A DNA stretch of 32,000 nucleotides from an uncultured Gammaproteobacteria bacterium (GCA_964360965.1 CAYHYM010000006.1:6606-38605), one strand, 5' to 3'; positions 15,047 to 23,864 are shown, numbered from the stretch's first letter. Numbers and translations: made by a program. Notes: generated from the sequence alone by a model not told the origin.

Positions 15047-16076
15047 CTTTTTTGGTGCCGCCTACTTTTTTAATCAGGCTCTTTTGTTTTAAAAACTTCA
15101 TTTCTCTCAAGACCGTATCATCGGAAAAATCAGGGAAAATTTTTCTGAAATCTTTATTCCTCATCTCTTTATGTTTGTGCAGATATTCCATGATGGCCAT
15201 CTGCCGCTCATTTAACATCACCTGTCCGCCTAATTTGTCCTTGACAGCTGCATCAACAGATATTCTTTGAACCTGCTCTTTAACCCGGTTAAGCTCAATG
15301 GCCACTCCTTCCACAAAATACTCCATCCAGGGAGTTAAATCTCGCTCATGCGTATCTAGTACGAGCTGATTTGATACAGCTTGCAGCGTTAAGTAATAGT
15401 TCATGGGATTTTGATCAAAATATTCTTCAAAGGAGAAAAATTTGCGGATATCATAGCCATCCAAAAACATCACCAAGGTGGTCACCGCTCTGGCTACCCT
15501 GCCATTACCATCAACAAAAGGGTGAATTCTGGACAGTTCATAATGAACAATACCGGCCCTGATAACCGGATGAATAGCTTTAGCTTCATCGGAATTGATC
15601 CAGTCAACCAAATCTTCTATCAAAAATGGCACCTCGGCCGCCGGCGGAGGAGTATAGGAAATTTGACCTGTTAAACTATTGCGAATGACCACCTGACGTA
15701 TTCTAAATATCCCCATCACATCCTGAGGTTGGATTTTTTCCACCACTAATCTGTGTATTTCTAAAACAGCTTCTATGGTCAGTAAGCTCACCTCATCAAT
15801 AAATTTTAATACATTTCTGTAATTTAATATCTCTTGAATATCTCTGTATCGGGCTATTACCTCTTCTCCGGATAAAACCTCTTTTACCTGTTCTTCGGAT
15901 AATGGGTTTCCCTCCAAATGGGTTCCGTGATGGATACTTCTCTCCAGCGCCTCTTTTCTAAATTTAGCTTCCCAAACAGGTACCAGAGGAGCATTTATGA
16001 TCACCTCACGAGCTGCATCAATTCTGCCAATATTTTTTAAAATTGAGTTAGTTATGGTATATTTGGGCACAAACAT
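15027..16076 (-). CDS. Fic/DOC-family protein with C-terminal winged-helix-like region
   Basis: 349 aa. Complete Fic motif HPFVDGNGRVAR, plus N-terminal THLEGNPLSEEQVKEVL. The 3' end overlaps the GGDEF gene's 3' end by 20 nt (convergent). Confidence 0.85.
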   Translation of the reverse strand: MFVPKYTITNSILKNIGRIDAAREVIINAPLVPVWEAKFRKEALERSIHHGTHLEGNPLSEEQVKEVLSGEEVIARYRDIQEILNYRNVLKFIDEVSLLTIEAVLEIHRLVVEKIQPQDVMGIFRIRQVVIRNSLTGQISYTPPPAAEVPFLIEDLVDWINSDEAKAIHPVIRAGIVHYELSRIHPFVDGNGRVARAVTTLVMFLDGYDIRKFFSFEEYFDQNPMNYYLTLQAVSNQLVLDTHERDLTPWMEYFVEGVAIELNRVKEQVQRISVDAAVKDKLGGQVMLNERQMAIMEYLHKHKEMRNKDFRKIFPDFSDDTVLREMKFLKQKSLIKKVGGTKKATYVLK

Positions 16077-16077
16077 G

Positions 16078-16767
16078 TTATTTCCTCAACATTCTTAAAA
16101 GCACTAAACTGGCAATAACCACAGTCACCACCAAAAAAGAATAACGGGTCAAAATAGTCAAAAAAATCTCCCCTACCGAATAAATTAAAATACCCCAAAG
16201 TGGTATCCAGAATAAAGAAGATATGGCAGCCAAAAAGAAGAAATATAAAAATTTAAATTTTAAAGTGCCTGCTCCCAATGATAAAAAAGAGGCCACATTG
16301 GGATAGGCAAATCCCAAAATTAAGCCTTTATCACCAAATTTGTCAAGCTGTCCCCGGGCTTTAGTCAGCACCCAGCCATAGCCAATTTTTTTTAAGATAT
16401 CCCCAAATCCAAAATAACCCAGTAAAAAATCTATAGTATAACCTATCACTAACCCTGAAATTGCAGCAAGAATTACCAGTGTCAACTCCAAATGGCCGGC
16501 TCTGGCAAAAATAGCCCCCAAAGACATGGCCATCAGTCCGGGCACAAAAAAATTAATCACCACCAAAGCTTCCAGCAAGGCGCTGACAAAGATAATTTCA
16601 TAACCATAGCTTTGATAAAGTTTGGTAAAATATGCCAAAATCTCCTGCGCGGTGGGGATGACCCCTTTAACTGCCACCAAAAAAACTATATAAATGGCAA
16701 TTAAGAAAAATGGAACAATCAGTTCTCCGCTTAATCTGGCAGATATGGAACTTACAAAATTCTTCAC
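16078..16767 (-). CDS. DedA/VTT-like integral membrane protein (tentative)
   Basis: 229 aa, polytopic and hydrophobic. The ALLEALVVINFFVPG-type segment resembles the DedA core. The assignment rests on pattern only. Confidence 0.45.
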   Translation of the reverse strand: MKNFVSSISARLSGELIVPFFLIAIYIVFLVAVKGVIPTAQEILAYFTKLYQSYGYEIIFVSALLEALVVINFFVPGLMAMSLGAIFARAGHLELTLVILAAISGLVIGYTIDFLLGYFGFGDILKKIGYGWVLTKARGQLDKFGDKGLILGFAYPNVASFLSLGAGTLKFKFLYFFFLAAISSLFWIPLWGILIYSVGEIFLTILTRYSFLVVTVVIASLVLLRMLRK

Positions 16768-16896
16768 TTGTTAATTTTTGCACAATTCCCGCAAAAAAGA
16801 AAGACTTTAGGCAAGGAGCATCCTCAAAAGAGCCAGACATTCATCATGTAGTTTATAAGCCTTAGAGAACTTTGTCAAATATGATATTATTTAGTT

Positions 16897-17172
16897 ATGG
16901 CTAAACATACTAAAAAGGTTGAAGAGAGATCCTTTCATAGAGAGCTGATCCAACAACTAGTCACTCTTTCTACTTCTGGATTTGGTCTAGTAGCAGCGCT
17001 GGCCTGGAATGAGGTGGTACAAACCTTTGTCAAAGAGTACATTCAAAGGTTTTACCCGGACCAAGCAGGAGTGATCTCCAAATTCATCTATGCCATCATC
17101 ATTACAGCTTTTGCTGTCTTTATCACCTATCAACTGTCCCGCCTGGCATCCCGCTTTTCCAACAAGAATTAG
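16897..17172 (+). CDS. Small two-TM membrane protein, function unknown
   Basis: 91 aa. Hydrophobic helices LVTLSTSGFGLVAALAWNE and FIYAIIITAFAVFITY. Its stop overlaps the recF stop (convergent). Confidence 0.55.
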   Translation: MAKHTKKVEERSFHRELIQQLVTLSTSGFGLVAALAWNEVVQTFVKEYIQRFYPDQAGVISKFIYAIIITAFAVFITYQLSRLASRFSNKN

Positions 17173-18227
17173 TATTGCGTAATTCTTCCATCCTCCACCC
17201 TTAAAATCCTGGCTTGATCTAAAAAATCCTTAGGAATATTTTCCAGTTCTACTGTGGCAATGATAGTTTGCTGTTTACCCACCACCTCCACCACATGAGC
17301 TCTATGATCAGCATCCAGCTCTGAAAAGATATCATCCAATAAAAGTATTGGTCTTTTATCTAAAATTTTGGCCATGTATTCCAGTTGAGCCAGCTTATAT
17401 GCTAAGGTGGCTGTTCTTTGTTCACCTCGGGAACCGAAATGTGCTAAATCACGACCAGATCCCTCGACGACAAAGTCGTCTCGGTGTGGCCCAATTAATG
17501 TGGCAGCTGCTGCCACTTCCCTACCATTAGTTTCTACCAACCTCTCAACAGATATTTCACTTTCTCTGTATTCAAACCTAAACTCTCCCAACGGGCTCTC
17601 CAGACTGTTAATAAACTCAAAAAACTCCCCTCTCCTGTCACTGATCATTTTCCCCAACTTAACCAGCTCATCTGTCCAGAAGTCTAGCTCATCCACCTTA
17701 CCTTGTCCTTCTCTAATTCTTTTTAATACCCTGTTTCTTGATGACAAAAACTGCTCGTATAAAGTCAATGACCGCTTGTACTGCGGATCAACTTGGGCCA
17801 GCGCCAGATCCAGATGCCATCTTCGCAAAGATGGAGAGCCTGTGACCATATTTATATCTGAAGGATAAAAAATTACTGCCGGCAGATTCCCTATAAAATC
17901 AACCACTCTTCTTAAGATACCATTAACCAAAACTTTCTTTCGGGCAGGATTGACCTGATCTGCTCTATTGAGAACTGCCAAAAGTTTCCTCTCTCCACCA
18001 TCCACCACAAACCCTTCCACTCTGGCAAATTCCTCACCCCTCTTTATTAACTCATCCTCATTTTCCACTCTTTGAGACTTGCCGGTCGAGAGAAAATAAA
18101 TAGATTCTAAAAGATTGGATTTACCGACTCCATTATTACCTACTAAAATGGTAGATTTTTGATCAAATGTTAACTTAATTGCAGAATAATTTCTGAAATT
18201 TACTAAATTTAAATTTTTAAGAAACAT
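17169..18227 (-). CDS. recF: DNA replication and repair protein RecF
   Basis: FLKNLNLVNFRNY, Walker A GNNGVGKSNLLESIYFLS, GPHRDDF, and signature/Walker B FGSRGEQRT...ILLLDDIFSELD. The preferred ATG 18225-18227 is preceded by GGGAGAGG and overlaps the MFS stop (TAATG). The track's start is TTG at 18239. Confidence 0.9.
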   Translation of the reverse strand: MFLKNLNLVNFRNYSAIKLTFDQKSTILVGNNGVGKSNLLESIYFLSTGKSQRVENEDELIKRGEEFARVEGFVVDGGERKLLAVLNRADQVNPARKKVLVNGILRRVVDFIGNLPAVIFYPSDINMVTGSPSLRRWHLDLALAQVDPQYKRSLTLYEQFLSSRNRVLKRIREGQGKVDELDFWTDELVKLGKMISDRRGEFFEFINSLESPLGEFRFEYRESEISVERLVETNGREVAAAATLIGPHRDDFVVEGSGRDLAHFGSRGEQRTATLAYKLAQLEYMAKILDKRPILLLDDIFSELDADHRAHVVEVVGKQQTIIATVELENIPKDFLDQARILRVEDGRITQY

Positions 18228-19600
18228 TACCTCTCCCAATGTCCCAAGCCCAAAAATTCTCTGATTCTAAAAGGCAGCCTGTGTTCTGCAAAAAAGATGG
18301 CCGGTTTCCCAGCCAGGATTCCTGTGATAAAAATAATCACTCCCAAGCTCATAAAAATAGGGGTAACTCCAAAAAAATCAGATAAGGCTCCTGTCAAAAG
18401 TACCGGAATGGCGGCAAAAGCATTCATGGTCACAAAAAGGGTGGCAAAAACTTTACCTCTTATTTTTTGATTGGTATTTTCCTGAAGTATTGTTTGCGAG
18501 GAAATAATAATTACCACACTGCAAACTCCCATAATAAAAGCTCCCAAACTAAAAAATGTGGAAAGAGTTGGCGCTGCATGGAAAAAACGCAACTTGGGAA
18601 TTTCCAGGGGTAAATCAGCTGCTTGGATCAGTTGGGCCAAAGTCGGGGTGATTCCCGCCAAAAAAAATAACACCCCAATCAAAGTTATGGCAGGAAGAAC
18701 AAAGGCTCTTTTGGGTATTCTGGCGCCAAATTTGCCTAAAAAAAGAGCCCCCAATACCATCCCCAGTCCCAAAGGAAGCATTAAAACATATGAGGCATCA
18801 GTGGCATGAATTTTTAGCACCCTTTCCATATAAGAGGAAAATACCACTGCCAAAATGCCAATCACTCCCTGAACCGCTGACAGCAGTATGATGGACGTGA
18901 CCACATTTAGCCTTCCCCTGATAAAACTTAAAGTATCTTTAGTCTCCTCCAAAACCACCCCAATTAGTTTTTTCAGATTAACTGTCAGTAAAAAGTTTTC
19001 CAAACGTCTGTTGCTTGAGGCCACAATTTTTGGCAAGTTACCGGATAAAAGAAAGGCCAGAAAAAGACATACAAAACCAATCAGGAAAATGGCATTGATA
19101 CCAAAAAAAGAAAGGATTGGCCCGGCCATTGAATATCCCACCGCCACAGAGCCATACAAAGTCAGAGAAAATAAAGAATTGGCAGGCAGCAGTTGTTTTT
19201 TCTCAACCACCATGGGGATTGATGAGGATTCGGCAGGGGCAAAAAATTGAGATAAAGAGCTCATAAAAAAAGTGTTCAGTAAAATTAAAGGGTATGAATT
19301 TTTAACAAATAGAAAAATAAGCATGGAGAGAGCCAGTAAAAAATCAATCCAAAGAATAATTTTTTTTCTGTCTGCCATATCCACAAAAACTCCTGCAAAA
19401 AAGCCAAATAAAAATGAAGGAACATAAATTGATAAAATCAGGGCAGAAACAGCAAAATTGGAATCTGTCAGTTTAAAAACCCAAATAATAAGGGCAAAGT
19501 TTAAGGTATTATAGACCAGCTGAAGCAATAGCTGATTAATCCATAAATATCTAAAGGCTTTATTTTTTAAAACATCAGTAAAAGTTGGCTGAGAGGACAT
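18227..19600 (-). CDS. Major facilitator superfamily transporter
   Basis: 457 aa with about 12 predicted hydrophobic helices and MFS-like loop DMADRKK. Confidence 0.7.
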   Translation of the reverse strand: MSSQPTFTDVLKNKAFRYLWINQLLLQLVYNTLNFALIIWVFKLTDSNFAVSALILSIYVPSFLFGFFAGVFVDMADRKKIILWIDFLLALSMLIFLFVKNSYPLILLNTFFMSSLSQFFAPAESSSIPMVVEKKQLLPANSLFSLTLYGSVAVGYSMAGPILSFFGINAIFLIGFVCLFLAFLLSGNLPKIVASSNRRLENFLLTVNLKKLIGVVLEETKDTLSFIRGRLNVVTSIILLSAVQGVIGILAVVFSSYMERVLKIHATDASYVLMLPLGLGMVLGALFLGKFGARIPKRAFVLPAITLIGVLFFLAGITPTLAQLIQAADLPLEIPKLRFFHAAPTLSTFFSLGAFIMGVCSVVIIISSQTILQENTNQKIRGKVFATLFVTMNAFAAIPVLLTGALSDFFGVTPIFMSLGVIIFITGILAGKPAIFFAEHRLPFRIREFLGLGHWER

Positions 19601-19620
19601 AACAAGAATTATACTCTATC

Positions 19621-20271
19621 CTAAATATTTTGCCAAAAAAGATGGGGGGAGTACACAATCCAGTCGTGTCCTTGATCCTTTAGTACTATCAATTTAGACC
19701 TTGGAATGGCTTTTTGTAGTGCTCTACCTTGCCATAAAGAGTTTAAAACATCCTTTTCACCCCACATAATAATGGTGTAGTTTTTAATTTTAGATCCTTG
19801 TTCTTTTAAATCTACTTTAAAGGCATAACGCCCTAGTTTTATATGCATGGGAAGTTTTCTTATAAGATATCCTGAATTGGTGAAAAACTTGACTAACTTC
19901 GTATGCCCCCTGGTGAATAAATTTCGCAGCAAATTATTGGAAAGTTCAAAAATAGTCTCTTGACCATAAACTCCAGCTGAATCTACCAGATATAACTTAT
20001 CAACCATTTCAGGATAGTGCATAGCAAACTCCATGGCCATAGCTCCACCTAAAGAATGTCCTATTAAACTCACCTTATTAAGATTTCTGGCTTTAAGGAA
20101 ACTGACAAACTGATCTATAAAATCATCGATATTGCCAGTAGGGATAATCTCATGGTGATTGGCGACAATCACTTTATAACCCTTGGGGGCACTATCAACT
20201 AACCTTTTATATGATCTCTCACTCCTAGTCCATCCAGGAAGAACAACTAAAATTTCTGACATTTTGGACAA
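19621..20271 (-). CDS. Alpha/beta-fold hydrolase
   Basis: 216 aa. Nucleophile elbow LIGHSLGGAMA and C-terminal GHDW histidine. Confidence 0.7.
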   Translation of the reverse strand: MSKMSEILVVLPGWTRSERSYKRLVDSAPKGYKVIVANHHEIIPTGNIDDFIDQFVSFLKARNLNKVSLIGHSLGGAMAMEFAMHYPEMVDKLYLVDSAGVYGQETIFELSNNLLRNLFTRGHTKLVKFFTNSGYLIRKLPMHIKLGRYAFKVDLKEQGSKIKNYTIIMWGEKDVLNSLWQGRALQKAIPRSKLIVLKDQGHDWIVYSPHLFWQNI

Positions 20272-21215
20272 AAGTATGTTCCCCTTCCTCTCAATTGTAC
20301 CTTTTTAATTTCTGTTCCACAGATCTTGCACGGATGTCTATCTCTACCATAAACAAAAGCATAGTCTAAAAAATAGCCTTTGTGACCCTCAGTATCCACA
20401 AAATGGGCCCTGGTGGAACCACCATGCTTAATACCATCCCTTAGCGCCCTGATCAACCCGTCATACAGTGCTTGAAACTGTTTATCAATCAGATTAACCA
20501 CTTTAGTGCGGGGATCAATTTTGGCATTAAAACAAGCCTCGTTGGCATAAATATTTCCCACTCCGGAAACCACTGTTTGATCCATAATCGCCACTTTCAC
20601 AGGCATATTTTTATGTTTTAAAAGATTTTCTTTTAATACTTGCCAGCTAAATCCTTTTTCCAGGGGCTCTGGCCCTAAGTTTTTTAGATCCTTCGCTTCG
20701 CTCAGGATGACAGTGGGCATCACTTTAATCCAGCCGAAGCGCCGCTGGTCATTAAAATAAAGATGGGATCCATTACTGAAGCTAAAAATAACCCTGGTAT
20801 GGGAATTGGGCATTTTACCCACCATATCAGGAGTTGGATGGCCACCAACAAAACGTTTGCCGTCCTCATATATGAGCTGGCCTGTCATTTTCAGATGAAA
20901 AAGTAAGGTTACCCCAACGTCATTCCCGCGGAGGCGGGAATCCAATTCCGAACTAGAGTTTTCTAATTGGATCCCTGCATTCGCAGGGACGACGTCCACT
21001 CCTATATACTTACCTTTTCTCCAGATATTGAGCACTTTCTTACCCTGTAAGCCCTGAGTGAAGCCCGCCCTGAGCGAGGCCGAAGGGTCGAAGGGTTTAC
21101 CATTTTGATTTAAGAAAGATTTAGCAGAAAGTATTTGAATTTTCTTAATGATTAAACCAACTATTTTCTTTTCTAAACCTAGTTTGATAGTTTCTACTTC
21201 AGGAAGTTCTGGCAT
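20247..21215 (-). CDS. mutM: Formamidopyrimidine-DNA glycosylase (Fpg/MutM) with three repeat-derived in-frame segments
   Basis: MPELPEVETI (the catalytic Pro2 requires the ATG at 21213-21215, not the track's 21227). LGPEP, GVGNIYANEA and zinc finger CKICGTEIKKVQLRGRGTYFCPKCQ. About 50 aa longer than E. coli Fpg as I recall it. Confidence 0.9.
   Translation of the reverse strand: MPELPEVETIKLGLEKKIVGLIIKKIQILSAKSFLNQNGKPFDPSASLRAGFTQGLQGKKVLNIWRKGKYIGVDVVPANAGIQLENSSSELDSRLRGNDVGVTLLFHLKMTGQLIYEDGKRFVGGHPTPDMVGKMPNSHTRVIFSFSNGSHLYFNDQRRFGWIKVMPTVILSEAKDLKNLGPEPLEKGFSWQVLKENLLKHKNMPVKVAIMDQTVVSGVGNIYANEACFNAKIDPRTKVVNLIDKQFQALYDGLIRALRDGIKHGGSTRAHFVDTEGHKGYFLDYAFVYGRDRHPCKICGTEIKKVQLRGRGTYFCPKCQKF
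20686..20711. repeat. 26-bp solo arm (agatccttcgcttcgctcaggatgac) inside fpg
   Basis: Its reverse complement gtcatcctgagcgaagcgaaggatct matches the left arm of 21718-21786. It encodes VILSEAKDL. Confidence 0.7.
20919..20993. repeat. 75-bp two-hairpin palindromic element translated within fpg
   Basis: gtcattcccgcggaggcgggaatccaattccgaactagagttttctaattggatccctgcattcgcagggacgac. 25 codons, VVPANAGIQLENSSSELDSRLRGND. Confidence 0.9.
21052..21095. repeat. ccctgag...gggtcgaaggg module cluster inside fpg
   Basis: ccctgagtg, ccctgagcgagg and gggtcgaaggg are the same modules as in intergenic 22381-22448. It encodes PFDPSASLRAGFTQG. Confidence 0.6.
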
Positions 21216-22371
21216 GTTTTTGGACAAGATCTAAAATCTCTTCCTTAAACCTTTCTTTGGAAAATTTTTGAGATTGCCTTAGGCAGTCTTCAGGTTTAAA
21301 TTTGGCAGGATCAAACTTTTTTAAAGCTGCCATAAGATTGTCTGTTGTTACCGTGCCAGGACCTCCGTAAAGTAAACCAGTCTTACCATCCACCACACTT
21401 TCTAAAAACCCACCAGCCTTTGGGGCTATTACTGGAGTTCCTGTGGCCATACTCTCAACAGGCACTATACCAAAATCCTCATCTTCGGATGCCACAATCA
21501 ATGCTTTGGCATTTTGCAAAAGTCTTACTCTCTCCTGATCAGACACCCATCCTAAAAATTCAATATTTTTGAACCCCGCGGAGCCTTGGCGAAGTGGGGC
21601 AATTTCCGGTCCATCCCCGGCAACCTTAAGTGGTAAACCCAACTTCCCACAAGCTTCCACCACTACATCCACTCCCTTTCCCCTTACTAGTCTACTTAAA
21701 ACTAAGAAATATTTTTTGTCATCCTGAGGCTTTGCCGAAGGATCTCCAGGTTTAATCTTGAGATTCTTCACGGAGTTTAGAATGACAGATATATCCACAG
21801 GTGGATATATCATCACCGAATCCCTTCTGTAAAATTTTTTAATTCTTTGGGCCACATTTTTTGAGTTAGCCACCAAAATATCAGGCCTCTGAGAGGTTTC
21901 AAAATCATAAATTCGCAAAATATGGTTGGCCAGTTCCCCAAACACCCTGGTCCACCAGTGTTTTTTATAGTTAAAAGAAGTTGCATACCCATATAAATAA
22001 CGCGGTGGAGTATGGATATAGCTGATATGCAGGCTTTCTGGTTTGGTAATAACAGCCTTGGCAAAATAGGTGTTACAAGAGGAAATCACCAAGTCATATT
22101 CAGATAGATCAAAACTTTCAAACATCATTGGCGCAAATAATCTGAAGGGAGAAAGAAGTTGATTTGCAAATGGAAATTTTTGCAAACCTGATGTTCTTAT
22201 ATCCCAGTCTTTAAATCTCTTTCCATTTTCCCCCATTGCATCCAAATTTACATAAGCTGTATACAAAGGAGCATCCGGCCAAATCTCACGTAAGGCTTCC
22301 AAAACCCTCTCAGCGCCACCATACTCTTTTAAATAGTCATGTATCAAAGCTACTTTTAAATTTTTATCCAT
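21199..22371 (-). CDS. GT4-family (GT-B fold) glycosyltransferase
   Basis: 390 aa. KVALIHDYL...YGGAERV and the C-terminal E-x7-E region SEDEDFGIVPVESMATGTPVIA. The 69-bp element at 21718-21786 is translated in frame. Confidence 0.8.
   Translation of the reverse strand: MDKNLKVALIHDYLKEYGGAERVLEALREIWPDAPLYTAYVNLDAMGENGKRFKDWDIRTSGLQKFPFANQLLSPFRLFAPMMFESFDLSEYDLVISSCNTYFAKAVITKPESLHISYIHTPPRYLYGYATSFNYKKHWWTRVFGELANHILRIYDFETSQRPDILVANSKNVAQRIKKFYRRDSVMIYPPVDISVILNSVKNLKIKPGDPSAKPQDDKKYFLVLSRLVRGKGVDVVVEACGKLGLPLKVAGDGPEIAPLRQGSAGFKNIEFLGWVSDQERVRLLQNAKALIVASEDEDFGIVPVESMATGTPVIAPKAGGFLESVVDGKTGLLYGGPGTVTTDNLMAALKKFDPAKFKPEDCLRQSQKFSKERFKEEILDLVQKHARTS
21718..21786. repeat. 69-bp palindromic element translated within the GT4 gene
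   Basis: gtcatcctgaggctttgccgaaggatctccaggtttaatcttgagattcttcacggagtttagaatgac. 23 codons, VILNSVKNLKIKPGDPSAKPQDD. Confidence 0.85.
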
Positions 22372-22380
22372 AAAAATTTA

Positions 22381-22452
22381 CCCTGAGCGAAGTCGTACTT
22401 CGATTCCACTCAGTACGACCCTGAGTGTTAATCGAATGGGTCGAAGGGCTTC
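22381..22452. repeat. Intergenic composite GC-rich repeat between the GT4 gene and the membrane-protein gene
   Basis: ccctgagcgaagtcgtacttcgattccactcagtacgaccctgagtgttaatcgaatgggtcgaagggcttc. Internal stem gtcgtac-N14-gtacgac. Its modules are shared with 21052-21095, 10973-11010 and 30060-30106. Confidence 0.7.
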
Positions 22453-22453
22453 C

Positions 22454-23047
22454 TTATGATATCATTTTTTTTCGCCATTTAGTAAGCCATAAATAGATCA
22501 GTCCATAAAGTATGGTCCCTATTACTCCTACTACCAAATCATTGACCACATCAAAAGTTCCTCTGACATTGTGAGTTTTTAAAAATACATCAGTGTAATA
22601 TTCTTGGGCTTCAAGTAACAGATGAATAATATTTGCCAGCCCCACCCCACCCCAAAAACTCCAGCCGAAAGCACCCAAAAGTACTGCTGCTAAAGCAGCT
22701 GTGGAATGAAAATGAGGGATTAAATCAAAGTAAAAGTAAGAATCATATAAATTAAAAGAGTTCCCGGCCATATCCAGCCAGAAAATGGATAAATAAAGAT
22801 TATCCCACCAAAATGGATACTTGTGGTGAGCGAACTTGTGGTGAGAGTAACCGAACCAGTCGAACCATTTTTTCTTCCAAAAATACAATACAGGAAAAAG
22901 TAAACTTAAAGTGATCACAATAATAAAATTTCTAATGGGAATAGCTTTGCCGGCAAATCTGGGATCATCCGGAAAAAGCAAAACTTCTCCTAAAAAGTAA
23001 AGGATAGAAAGCCTGATGACGATGTTAATTATTAATCCCCAGTTCAT
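22454..23047 (-). CDS. Integral membrane protein, function unknown
   Basis: 197 aa with several hydrophobic helices. Contains a 47-bp repeat segment encoding GYSHHKFAHHKY. Confidence 0.6.
   Translation of the reverse strand: MNWGLIINIVIRLSILYFLGEVLLFPDDPRFAGKAIPIRNFIIVITLSLLFPVLYFWKKKWFDWFGYSHHKFAHHKYPFWWDNLYLSIFWLDMAGNSFNLYDSYFYFDLIPHFHSTAALAAVLLGAFGWSFWGGVGLANIIHLLLEAQEYYTDVFLKTHNVRGTFDVVNDLVVGVIGTILYGLIYLWLTKWRKKMIS
22820..22867. repeat. 47-bp cttgtggtgagc...gtcgaacc element inside the membrane-protein gene
   Basis: 39/47 identical by hand alignment to the reverse complement of 30060-30106. The first 20 nt are identical. Confidence 0.8.
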
Positions 23048-23083
23048 AAGTTTAGTATATAGACTTTTTGCATGGAAACAAAA

Positions 23084-23109
23084 TATACACCCATACGTAT
23101 GAGTGTATA
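23084..23109. promoter_or_regulatory. 26-bp near-perfect palindrome in a divergent intergenic region (candidate operator)
   Basis: tatacacccatacgtatgagtgtata is self-complementary at 24/26 positions. It lies between divergently transcribed 22454-23047 (-) and 23148-23864 (+). Confidence 0.3.
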
Positions 23110-23147
23110 AAAATGAACCGAAGAATAAATTGTGTTATTATTAAACC

Positions 23148-23864
23148 ATGCAAAAAGGGCAAACACAGGTTTTAATATTGGCTGGAATAGTAATTTTACT
23201 AGCTTTGGCCGGAGGGATATTTTTCCTGGGCAGACTAACTGCACCTAAAACTCAGACTCCAGTGGTTACCTCCTCTCCTCAACCATCCCCCTTGTCCACC
23301 GAAGCTTCAGCGAAGGTGGAGAATCCCACTACCAACTGGAAAACATATACAAATAGTACTTATGGTTACTCTTTCAAGTATCCGGAAGATTGGATCTTGG
23401 ATACATCTAAAGTGGAACCCGCAACATATAATAATGCTATTGCCTCCCCAAATACAAGTTCGGTTATTTTAACAAAAGATGGTTATGAATTTAGTTTTTC
23501 TTACTACTTAGAGGGAGTAGGCGGTGTATGCTCAATAGCGGCAAAAGTGGAGGAGGTGGATATTAGTGGCAGTAAGTTTTTGAAAAAGTATGTGAATACA
23601 AAATCAAATCCTCTCTGCTTCCCAGAAGGAGCGGGCGGGGAGGGCTACAAACCAAAACAAGAGTGTTATGATCATTTCAATGTAATTTGGATAAATAGCT
23701 TTCCTGATACGTATTCTTGTGCTTCATCATTTGTGCATATAAATGGAAAAAATTCAGAAATATCATTTAGCCTACCTAAATTAATAAAAGTAGGTGATAA
23801 AGAATTCTCTCTATATGAGGAAGCATTTAACCAAATCCTTTCCACCTTTAGATTCACCCAGTAG
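23148..23864 (+). CDS. N-terminally anchored extracytoplasmic protein, function unknown
   Basis: 238 aa. TM helix VLILAGIVILLALAGGIFFL, a P/S/T linker, then a Cys-containing globular region. Confidence 0.65.
   Translation: MQKGQTQVLILAGIVILLALAGGIFFLGRLTAPKTQTPVVTSSPQPSPLSTEASAKVENPTTNWKTYTNSTYGYSFKYPEDWILDTSKVEPATYNNAIASPNTSSVILTKDGYEFSFSYYLEGVGGVCSIAAKVEEVDISGSKFLKKYVNTKSNPLCFPEGAGGEGYKPKQECYDHFNVIWINSFPDTYSCASSFVHINGKNSEISFSLPKLIKVGDKEFSLYEEAFNQILSTFRFTQ

Noticed and set aside
16768-16896. Possible sigma70-type promoter (TTGTCA ... TATTAT-like) upstream of the small membrane protein gene
   Set aside because: The spacing does not fit the 17 +/- 1 nt rule for any convincing -35/-10 pair. 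In AT-rich DNA such hexamers occur by chance.
21574-21599. ccccgcggagccttggcgaagtgggg in the GT4 gene (LRQGSAG), and gtccaccgaagcttcagcgaaggtggag at 23294-23321 (STEASAKVE)
   Set aside because: They look like repeat-type hairpins and peptides, but each is single-copy within this window. A genome-wide search is needed before calling them elements.
23044-23244. 66-aa ORF on the minus strand spanning the divergent intergenic region
   Set aside because: It overlaps the start of the better-supported 23148-23864 gene and covers promoter and palindrome DNA. It has no motif and is probably spurious.
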